From positions 1-34,445 of the IMG/VR virus record IMGVR_UViG_3300042196_000194: a DNA stretch of 34,445 nt; one strand, given 5' to 3'. Source of the DNA: a virus (taxonomy: Duplodnaviria; Caudoviricetes). The notes beneath the pieces are model-generated. The model did no database searches, was not told where the DNA came from, and saw nothing but the letters and a program-made list of their open reading frames with translations. Positions 6,866 to 14,116 of this stretch are shown here, piece by piece (within the stretch, counting starts at the first letter, position 1; each line of letters starts with the position of its first letter). The position numbers were made by a program, and so were the translations under genes.

Positions 6866-7883
6866 GAGAGATCATGATGCTAGAGCGAGCTATAGGTTAT
6901 GAGAGTTCACTTAATTGGAGCGAGCTACCGATGGCCGAGTGTTCACGGTACGAGAGCGAGTCATATCGTTGGAGTGTCCACAAAGTGTGAAGCGAGCTAC
7001 CGTCCAGGAGAGTCCACCTCACACGAGCGAGTCGTACTACTCGAGAGATCATCATGCGAGAGCGAGTCAACGAGAAGTGAGAGTTCACTGAAGGGAGCGA
7101 GTCACACCTTAAGAGAGTTCCTATCCCAAGAGCGAGTCTCAGACGACGAAGTGTCCCTGAAACAGGAGCGAGTTGTCGGCCGTTGAGAGTTCGAGAGAGA
7201 CGAGTAAGTTATACCGCTAGAGAGCTCTTGATCGGAGAGCGAGCTAAGTTACAGGAGAGATCATAGCAACAGAGCGAGTCCGAGAGTTCGGAGAGACCAA
7301 TGAACAGAGCGAGTCCCCTAGGTAGAGAGATCACAGTACGTGAGCGAGTCAGAAACTCTGAGGGCACAGTCTTAAGGAGCGAGTCAACCTATCTGAGAGA
7401 TCATAGTGTGAGATCGAGTCACATAGCTCGAGAGATCATAGCAACAGAGCGAGCCCGCGCGTGCGAGAGAGTTCATTGACTACGAGCGAGAGATATAGTT
7501 TACGAGAGTCCAGATCACAGGATCGAGCGAGCTACTCGGAGAGTTCACTGTAACGGAGCGAGCTACGAACCTTGAGAGTTCATTTCGCGAGAGCGAGCTA
7601 TCGTGTCGAAGAGATCGTAGGTATGGAGCGAGTCATTACGTCGAAGAGATCATAAGTGGGGAGCGAGCGCGATGCTGTTGAGAGTTCAAGGAGGAACGAG
7701 CGAGCCGTCGGCTTAGAGAGTTCAAAGAATACGAGCGAGCCGTAGGATCTGAGAGTTCAAATTATGCGAGCGAGTCTGGATAAGAGAGAGTTCGAAGACA
7801 AGAAGCGAGCCAGTGAGGATTGAGAGTTCATAACGGATGAGCGAGTCACAAGATAAGAGAGTTCATGCCCTTGGAGCGAGCTA
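6866..7883 (+). ncRNA. TIGR-like dual-repeat/dual-spacer array (~29 units of 35-37 nt), putative guide RNA array
   Basis: repeat 1 GAGCGAG(TCA/CTA) at 6883, 6918, 6954 ... 7839, 7874 alternating with repeat 2 GAGAG(T/A)TCA, separated by ~8-nt variable spacers; promoter upstream. Confidence 0.8.
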
Positions 7884-7884
7884 G

Positions 7885-8092
7885 GTGAGCTACATAGCTG
7901 ACAGACTGCGAAGAGAGTGCGGAGCTGCTGAGCGCGCTTGAGAAGATCGCGGCAGGCGAAGGAGCATACGGCGCGCAAGCTTACGAGTACAAGCAAGTTG
8001 CCCGCAAAGCTATCGCGGCGGCGGCGGCGAGACGAGGAGGTCACGGCTCGATCTCCCTCGCCGCCGCCGCCTGCTCGCCTGCGCGGCCCTAG
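7885..8092 (+). pseudogene. small phage protein, apparently frameshifted near 7918
   Basis: GTG 7885 MSYIADRLRRE.. ends early; AELLSALEKIAAGEGAYGAQAYEYKQVARKAIA.. continues in another frame with no standard start. Confidence 0.4.
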
Positions 8093-8167
8093 TTCTGCTC
8101 GCCGCCTACGTAGTGGCGCTCTTTTCGTGCTCGGCGTGACGTCGTCGGCACCTACAGGAGGAACCAA

Positions 8168-8401
8168 GTGAGACAAGAGTTTGAGATGACTGACGATGAC
8201 TTGGCCGAACTCTTGCTCGCCGGTCGTCCCACGCCCGCGGTGTTTCTGAGCGGAGGCATCCCGATGTTCGGAACACCGCAAGAAAACGCCAACGCCGCGT
8301 GGGAGCGGCTCGGTAAGAAGATGGGCTTCAATCCCTTCACGGTAGAGTTTGTCCCCGGCAAGGGACAGCGATGTTTCTCTGCCGAGACGGTCGAGCCGTG
8401 A
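8168..8401 (+). CDS. hypothetical protein
   Basis: 77 aa, AGGAGG RBS. Confidence 0.75.
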   Translation: MRQEFEMTDDDLAELLLAGRPTPAVFLSGGIPMFGTPQENANAAWERLGKKMGFNPFTVEFVPGKGQRCFSAETVEP

Positions 8402-8517
8402 CTACCCTCGGCGTGAACAGAAGGGGCGTCAAGTGTCTGAGCACTGGCAAACTGTCACCGAGCGAGTGGTGACGTCGAAGATCGACGGGCACTCTTCTCT
8501 AGCGACGGAGGACTAGC

Positions 8518-8724
8518 GTGAAGTTTAACCGGCTGACACGACGCTCGTCTCTACTTATAGACGTAGTCGTCTCTGGCGTCTTGCTCGCGGCGTCTGTGGT
8601 CGCGCTCGAGTTGTCTCACTACACCTTGGCGTGGGCTCTGCTGCTCGGGTTTTGTTGGTTTTTTAGCTCTGCGCTGTTTGTCGCGTTTGACTACTGCGTG
8701 AAGAGGTGGTTTTCATCTAGGTAA
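8518..8724 (+). CDS. small membrane protein
   Basis: GGAGG RBS, two hydrophobic helices. Confidence 0.65.
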   Translation: MKFNRLTRRSSLLIDVVVSGVLLAASVVALELSHYTLAWALLLGFCWFFSSALFVAFDYCVKRWFSSR

Positions 8725-8743
8725 GGCACAGGGGAGATGACAC

Positions 8744-9202
8744 GTGTTAAACTTTGAGGACTTGTTTAAGTTTGAGCTGAGCGTAGGAGCCCACCGGTCC
8801 CCGCAGACCGGTCTCTGCGCGATGGAGGCCGTCGCGTGGCTCGAGGGAGAGCCTCACACAGACAGCCCTAGGTGTGTGGACCCCGTCATCTCCATGTTTG
8901 TCCTAGAGATAAACGACAGGGCAAACTCTCAGGATCGTCAGAGGCTCATTCCGTACTTACCTAGGCTCGTGGGCACGGCTGAGACTAATAACGGCAGTGA
9001 ACTTAGGGCTTTTTATAGGAGGCTACAGCCACTGCTCGAGTGTCAGAGACTCGATCACGTTTACACCTGTAGTTGTTTCGACATGGACGCGGCGCTAAAG
9101 ATCTTAGACCAACTCTTAGAGCTCGCCGGCGCGTCTTCAGGGTTCTCTAAGCCGGTAGAGGAGCGGGTTCGGGTCTACGCAGAGCTCGTCAAGTCTAGGT
9201 AG
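8744..9202 (+). CDS. hypothetical phage protein (His/Cys-containing N-terminus)
   Basis: GGGGAG RBS; LSVGAH..GLCAMEAVAWLEGEPHTDSPRCV..INDR..RQRLIPYLPRLVGT resembles a recurrent phage hypothetical family. Confidence 0.75.
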   Translation: MLNFEDLFKFELSVGAHRSPQTGLCAMEAVAWLEGEPHTDSPRCVDPVISMFVLEINDRANSQDRQRLIPYLPRLVGTAETNNGSELRAFYRRLQPLLECQRLDHVYTCSCFDMDAALKILDQLLELAGASSGFSKPVEERVRVYAELVKSR

Positions 9203-9216
9203 CCGGAGGGCAGGGG

Positions 9217-9519
9217 ATGACTAGGTGTAGGTACGGCGACCCGCTGTGTTCCTGTCAGGACGGCGACCCGTGTTACTACGAGGGCGAGAACCCCCTGCTC
9301 CTGTCCCCCGGGCTCGCGAGCGCCCTGGCGCGTAGGATCGACGACGCTCTCGAGATAGTCGGCTACTACGGCGGGATCGACGGCGGACACCATAAGCAGT
9401 GGGTGCTCGACCAGGTAGTTCGTCGACTGTCACAGGACTACGACGAGTGGGTCAGGGAGCAGCGGGACGGCGAGGACGGACCGGAGACGTACGACTGGGA
9501 CGAGGGCACTCCGCCGTGA
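9217..9519 (+). CDS. hypothetical phage protein
   Basis: N-terminal Cys cluster, GGIDGGHHKQWVLDQVVR motif, C-terminal WDEGTPP. Confidence 0.75.
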   Translation: MTRCRYGDPLCSCQDGDPCYYEGENPLLLSPGLASALARRIDDALEIVGYYGGIDGGHHKQWVLDQVVRRLSQDYDEWVREQRDGEDGPETYDWDEGTPP

Positions 9520-9698
9520 CCCGCGGCCTGCCGCCCGAGGGTAGGAGGATGTCGTGCAAGATCTGCTGGGAGTGTCGGGAGATGCTGGACAGGCTAGGCC
9601 TGCCGTCGGGCAGCCGCATCTACGGCGGACCCTACCTCGGCTATCGGCTGCCCGACGGCAGCACGGAGGTACTGGAGAAGAAGGATGGGCAGAGATAG
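9516..9698 (+). CDS. small CxxCxxC protein
   Basis: coupled GTG start (or ATG 9549 after AGGAGG); SCKICWECRE. Confidence 0.55.
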   Translation: MTRGLPPEGRRMSCKICWECREMLDRLGLPSGSRIYGGPYLGYRLPDGSTEVLEKKDGQR

Positions 9699-10098
9699 TG
9701 AGGTGACGACCCTGGCGACCAAGAAAGACTTTCAAGTTACTTGGTTCTCGGGCACGGGCGCGGGCGGACAGCACCGCAACAAGCATCAAAACTGTTGCCG
9801 CATCACACACCTGCCCACCGGCATGACCGAGACGGAGCAGTCGCACCGGGAGAGGTCACACAACCAGAGAGACGCGTTCAGAAGGTTAGCCCGACGCGTC
9901 GTCGGCCACTACGTGAGGTCGAGGCAGCGTGAGCGGCACCGCAGCTTAGAGCGAGTCAGGACGTACGACGAGCCCGACAACCGCGTAGTTGACCACGCCA
10001 GCGGGCTGCAGTTGTCGTACTCAGAGATAGTTGGAGAACAGAACTTGGCGCCGATGATAGACGCTCGCTTGAAGGCGAGCATAGCAGATGACGGGTAA
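9685..10098 (+). CDS. class I release factor-like peptidyl-tRNA hydrolase domain protein (GGQ)
   Basis: SGTGAGGQHRNK..RITHLPTG..RERSHNQRDA..RVRTY..PDNRVVDH; only 137 aa, lacks the codon-recognition domain. Confidence 0.85.
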   Translation: MGRDSEVTTLATKKDFQVTWFSGTGAGGQHRNKHQNCCRITHLPTGMTETEQSHRERSHNQRDAFRRLARRVVGHYVRSRQRERHRSLERVRTYDEPDNRVVDHASGLQLSYSEIVGEQNLAPMIDARLKASIADDG

Positions 10099-10219
10099 CA
10101 TCTTTCGCGAGGCGATCACAGAGCTGGGCAGGGACTTGCTCCAGATGGTCCTAGCGACGAGTCCGATGTGGCTGGGACTCGTCGCCTGGGCCACCTTCGA
10201 CGCCCTCCCCCTCTGGTGA
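10088..10219 (+). CDS. small membrane peptide (43 aa, not in ORF track)
   Basis: MTGNIFREAITELGRDLLQMVLATSPMWLGLVAWATFDALPLW; overlaps both neighbours. Confidence 0.5.
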   Translation: MTGNIFREAITELGRDLLQMVLATSPMWLGLVAWATFDALPLW

Positions 10220-10476
10220 GTAAGTCGGGTCCGAGACCCTCGGACGACGCCCTCTCGGCCGAGCGGTTTAGGCTTGGACTGGCCGCGTCCCGGGACGACG
10301 CCCTGCGGTCCCTAGACGAGCGGTTCATCAGGTCAGTCATGGCCCGGTTCAACGTAAGTCTGCCCGGAGACTCCGACGGGTTCTGGCTCGCGGTGCACAG
10401 GGCTCGCGTGAACAACACTTCCCTGTCTCGCGAGGCCCGCGAGGTCAGTCGCACCTGGCTCGAGTCTCGCTCCTAG
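10216..10476 (+). CDS. hypothetical protein
   Basis: GTGA overlap with the preceding ORF; in frame with 10168..10476. Confidence 0.6.
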   Translation: MSKSGPRPSDDALSAERFRLGLAASRDDALRSLDERFIRSVMARFNVSLPGDSDGFWLAVHRARVNNTSLSREAREVSRTWLESRS

Positions 10477-10540
10477 TCGCCCTGTATCTTACCTCCTAAG
10501 TGTGTTACCCTATTGGGGACACACACTGAAGGAGTGCGAG

Positions 10541-10789
10541 ATGCCGCCTAAGGGAGCGCGTGCCACCAGTGAGATCTCTCCCGGAGTAGGACTGCGTCAG
10601 CGCAGGAAGATGCAGCACGGGCAGAACAGGATCGACCAGGAGGTGTCGCGCGGCCAGGCCGCGCTGCGCGTGCATCCCAACAAGAGAACCGCGGAGCAGC
10701 GCCAAGACGTCAAGGTGTTTCGCTACTACGGCGACGCCGAGATCTCGGCGAGTCGCGAGAAGCACCCCAAGTATAAGTCAAAGAAGTAG
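10541..10789 (+). CDS. small basic hypothetical protein
   Basis: AAGGAG RBS before ATG 10541; extended -10-like TGTGTTACCCT at 10501. Confidence 0.7.
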   Translation: MPPKGARATSEISPGVGLRQRRKMQHGQNRIDQEVSRGQAALRVHPNKRTAEQRQDVKVFRYYGDAEISASREKHPKYKSKK

Positions 10790-10801
10790 GAGGACTGAAC
10801 T

Positions 10802-11305
10802 TTGCCTCTGATAGGTGGTCCCGGCGGAATGCCCCCGGGAATGATGGGCCCTCCGGGCGGGATGCCTCCCCCGGGAATGATGCCTCCCCCGGGAATGATG
10901 CCTCCCCCGGGAATGATGCCTCCGGGACCCGGAATGCCTCCTCCGCCGCCCGGCGGTCCGCCGCCCGGCATGGCTGGTCCTCCAGGAATGCCTCCCGGCG
11001 GACCCCCACCTACGAGTCTGCCTCCCGAGGTCCTCGCCGGACTGCTGGGCCCCGGCGGTCCCCAGCCCGGGGCCACTCCTGCGGGACCCGAGGACGGTCC
11101 TCCCGAGGCTAGGTTGTCGAAGGAGGAGGGCATGGCCCTGTCGGTCGTGCTCCAGGACCCGATGGCGCGCAAGGAGCTCGCGCGCGAGGCCCTAAAGATC
11201 CTCGGAGTGGAGCGCGGCATGCCGGGCGACGCTGGTCTCGGCGGCCCGCTCGGCCCCGGAGGACAGTCAGGTCTCGGACTGGCGGACGGCCCGCCCGACT
11301 TCTAG
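10802..11305 (+). CDS. Pro/Gly/Met-rich low-complexity protein
   Basis: AGGAGG RBS, TTG start, MMPPPG repeats. Confidence 0.7.
   Translation: MPLIGGPGGMPPGMMGPPGGMPPPGMMPPPGMMPPPGMMPPGPGMPPPPPGGPPPGMAGPPGMPPGGPPPTSLPPEVLAGLLGPGGPQPGATPAGPEDGPPEARLSKEEGMALSVVLQDPMARKELAREALKILGVERGMPGDAGLGGPLGPGGQSGLGLADGPPDF
10861..10923 (+). repeat. 18-bp coding tandem repeat (3.5 copies)
   Basis: GATGCCTCCCCCGGGAAT at 10861, 10879, 10897, partial at 10915. Confidence 0.9.
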
Positions 11306-11381
11306 ACTCCGCTCAGTTTATCTTTCGCCTCCCTCCTGCTACCCTGTCTCGTCGTGATCGAGAGACAGGAGTAGTGGCGGC

Positions 11382-13058
11382 ATGCCCCCCTATCCCAGGA
11401 ATAGCTTAGTGAGCCCGCGGCCCGGAGCCCTCGCGCCGCAGACCAGCTCGCTAGTGCCTCCGATCCCTCAGCCGACGGTGCCCGACCTAGCCCTGGGCCA
11501 CTACGACCCAGTCGAGTCCTTGAGAAACACGGGTCGAGGCATCGGCGAGTTCGCCCTGGGGCTGCTGCCGGGCTCCGGCGACGTCATGGCAGTTCAAGAC
11601 AGCGTCAGGGCTGGAGGTCAGATGGAAGAAGCCGCGCGGCGAGGAGACTACGGCCAGGCCGCGCTCAAGGGGGTCGAGTCTTTGGTGTCTGGCGCCGGAG
11701 CCCTACCCGTGGTGGGCGGGGTCACTCGCGGGGTGAGCAAGTTGACGACGAAGACCTTAGGTCGTCTTCGGCCCTGGCTCGCTAAGACCGTAGACAAGAG
11801 ACTAGTAGAGGACTTACTACGTCGCCCTGATGTTTCTCAAGTCGAGAGAAACTTACTCACGGAAGCCTTAGACGAGTACTCTGATAAAAGGATAGATGTT
11901 GCGAGGTTCACGTCGAGTGTGCAGCGTAAGCTTTTACCCCTGCAAGTTTTGGAAGTTAATCCGAGACCACCGGGAGTTGGTCCTCCCCTGCAAGACTACA
12001 TGAGGAGTGGTAGAAGTAGTGTTCACCCTGGTGATATACCCGCAAACGACTCTCAGTCTATCGTCGGAGAACACGCGAGGGTCTACTGGGGTGAGTCAGT
12101 TCCAGACGTAGGCTCACACTTTACCGTTCCAAACACATACGCGCATACGCGATCGTATGACTTAATGGACGGCACTCGTAAGGTACTAGAGGTTCAAAGT
12201 GATCTCATACAGCACGAGTTAGATACCGCCGTACTGTATGACCCATACTACTCGAGCAACCTCACAAGAGATCAAGTAAGAGAGTTTTTCGATTTCAGAC
12301 GTGATCACAAGAAAACTTGGTGGAAGAGGATAGTTCGCGAGGAGACAAGGCTCGCCGCCGGCGAGGGAAAGTCCGCCGTTGAGTTTCCCACCGGTGAAAC
12401 CGCGGCTAAGATACAGACCTGGGTAGCTGATGAAAATTACTTTGACTTAAGCTCTTTTAGTGTAAGAGTCGACGAAACTTTAGACACGTATTCAAACGAT
12501 TATCGAGATATCGTTAGAGATCCGTCCGAGTGGAAGAGCTACCTTTACGAGATTCTTCCTAAACAAAACCCGCTCTTCAGACGATCAGATGTGTCCTTAA
12601 AGTCGATAGCCGATGCGAGCGTGTCATACGGTCCTGGGGGATCTGATGAGAATGTACTACAGTATCTCTTAGCGGAGTATGGACCTTATGTTATCGGCCG
12701 TCATCCCGAGGTTAAGACACTGTCGGCGCTAGGAACCATGTCTAAGAAAGAGTTTTTGGAGTTTGTGGAAGAAAATCCACTTTCACCCGACGAGTTTGTG
12801 AAGAGTTTAAGATACATTGAACACAACTTTTATAGGGTCAATGACCTAGTTGAAACGACGAAAGTTCCAGATAAGTACAAGGGTCTCTATGATCTCTATG
12901 ACAAGGACATTCGCAACTTTGTGAAGAAGACCTACGGCGCCAGAGAGATCACCGATCCTTACGGTAACTCTTGGATGCACATAGACCTCGCGCCGGAGGA
13001 GAAGAACCGCCTCATAGACGTGTTTTCACAGCGGGAGACGGGCAATAGCACCGCCTAA
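11382..13058 (+). CDS. 'EVQSD' domain protein A, possible virion/ejected effector (paralog of 16572..18542)
   Basis: 558 aa; HF..YAHTR..LEVQSD..WWKRIVREE..FPTG..YDK blocks shared with 16572..18542. Confidence 0.75.
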   Translation: MPPYPRNSLVSPRPGALAPQTSSLVPPIPQPTVPDLALGHYDPVESLRNTGRGIGEFALGLLPGSGDVMAVQDSVRAGGQMEEAARRGDYGQAALKGVESLVSGAGALPVVGGVTRGVSKLTTKTLGRLRPWLAKTVDKRLVEDLLRRPDVSQVERNLLTEALDEYSDKRIDVARFTSSVQRKLLPLQVLEVNPRPPGVGPPLQDYMRSGRSSVHPGDIPANDSQSIVGEHARVYWGESVPDVGSHFTVPNTYAHTRSYDLMDGTRKVLEVQSDLIQHELDTAVLYDPYYSSNLTRDQVREFFDFRRDHKKTWWKRIVREETRLAAGEGKSAVEFPTGETAAKIQTWVADENYFDLSSFSVRVDETLDTYSNDYRDIVRDPSEWKSYLYEILPKQNPLFRRSDVSLKSIADASVSYGPGGSDENVLQYLLAEYGPYVIGRHPEVKTLSALGTMSKKEFLEFVEENPLSPDEFVKSLRYIEHNFYRVNDLVETTKVPDKYKGLYDLYDKDIRNFVKKTYGAREITDPYGNSWMHIDLAPEEKNRLIDVFSQRETGNSTA

Positions 13059-13113
13059 GACAAACGGCCACGACGTCACCGCGTTTAGGCCCGCGCCCGC
13101 GCGGGCGCCTGCG

Positions 13114-13458
13114 ATGCGCAAGGTGTCGCTTCAGCACAAGCTGCAGCACACGTTTGTGAACGCGCTGCTGCGCGACTTTCGCCACCACGGCCAGGACGCC
13201 ATCGAGAAGGTGCGAGAACACGCGCCCGTGAGATATCTCCAGATTATCTCGAGCTTCTTGCCGAAGGAGGCTACACTCAACGTCAACCAGTCGGGCACCG
13301 TCCGGCACGAGGTGCCTAGCCTCGAGGCCACCGCAAAGTTTCTGTCTGACCTCGCCGGCAACGTGCGGGCTCGCTCGGAGGAGAGCGTGATCGACGTTAC
13401 TCCCGAAGATGTTGAAGACACGGAGGACGAGGACGATGCCACAGACGAGACGAACTAG
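13114..13458 (+). CDS. terS: putative terminase small subunit
   Basis: KLQHTFVNALLRDFRHHGQDAIEKVREHAPVRYLQIISSFLPKE helical motif, IDVTP-containing acidic tail, upstream of terL; true start may be further upstream. Confidence 0.55.
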   Translation: MRKVSLQHKLQHTFVNALLRDFRHHGQDAIEKVREHAPVRYLQIISSFLPKEATLNVNQSGTVRHEVPSLEATAKFLSDLAGNVRARSEESVIDVTPEDVEDTEDEDDATDETN

Positions 13459-14116
13459 TCTCCTAGACGGAGTATCACCACCTATTCCCGAGCCTATTAT
13501 CCCAGAGGTGACCTGGAAGGATAGGTTGCTAGACAAGACTAGGCCGTTTACAGACATGCGGACTAGGCACAACTTTGAGCTGGGCATTCGCACACCTAGC
13601 ATCGTGCGCGATAGCTCTAATACACCCAGTTTCGGCGCGCCTGAGGTTCCTAAACAGCCTTCGACTACAGAGCCACGAGCGTCTGTCACCGGCAGAAGGC
13701 CGTCGCCGGGCCAGAAGTCGACAACTCCAGGAAGGTTTAAGTTTGCTGACTTAGTTCGTAAGCCCTTTAAGTCAGAACTGGACTTCTTTAAGACGCACCC
13801 AGACGTGTCGGGAGTTGCGGCCGAGGACAACAGGATCGTTCTTAACCCAAACAGTAAGCTGTCAGAGATAGAAAAGTCCGCCGTGATCATTAACGAGGCG
13901 GCACGCATCGAGATGCGTCGGACAGGAGTGGTGCCGAGCTTTGAGATCACGCCGAAGCAGCGTGAGCAGTTCTCTAAGTATGGTCCAGACTGGGCCATCC
14001 GTGAGACGATAGCGGCGAGGATTATCTCTGGCGACCCCACGGTGCCCGAGCCCACACCAGAACAGGCTAAGTTTGCCGACGAAGTGTACGAGAAAATGAT
14101 GGAGAAACACCAGTGA
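13436..14116 (+). CDS. hypothetical protein, disordered N-terminus and globular C-terminus
   Basis: ATG 13436 after GAGG; C-terminal GVAAEDNRIVLNP..AVIINEAAR. Confidence 0.7.
   Translation: MPQTRRTSLLDGVSPPIPEPIIPEVTWKDRLLDKTRPFTDMRTRHNFELGIRTPSIVRDSSNTPSFGAPEVPKQPSTTEPRASVTGRRPSPGQKSTTPGRFKFADLVRKPFKSELDFFKTHPDVSGVAAEDNRIVLNPNSKLSEIEKSAVIINEAARIEMRRTGVVPSFEITPKQREQFSKYGPDWAIRETIAARIISGDPTVPEPTPEQAKFADEVYEKMMEKHQ

Noticed and set aside
6897-7186. ORFs overlapping the array (6899..7186 +, 6897..7088 -; also 7757..8281 -)
   Set aside because: The 35-nt period breaks frame; the translations are repeat-derived and lack an RBS.
6866-7883. CRISPR array
   Set aside because: Repeats are 9-10 nt, of two alternating kinds, with ~8-nt spacers; there is no long constant repeat, no ~30-nt spacers and no cas genes.
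6866-7883. Self-targeting of array spacers within this window
   Set aside because: No paired-spacer match was noticed by eye, and single 8-mers match by chance. This needs a computational search, so no claim is made.
9685-10098. Stop-codon reassignment suggested by a phage release factor
   Set aside because: Terminase, portal, capsid and tail genes translate full length in the standard code, all three stops are used, and the protein lacks a codon-recognition domain.
13012-14055. 347-aa minus-strand ORF and other long antisense ORFs (e.g. 216..704, 10726..11220, 29608..30171)
   Set aside because: Shadows of better-supported plus-strand genes; no motifs or RBS.
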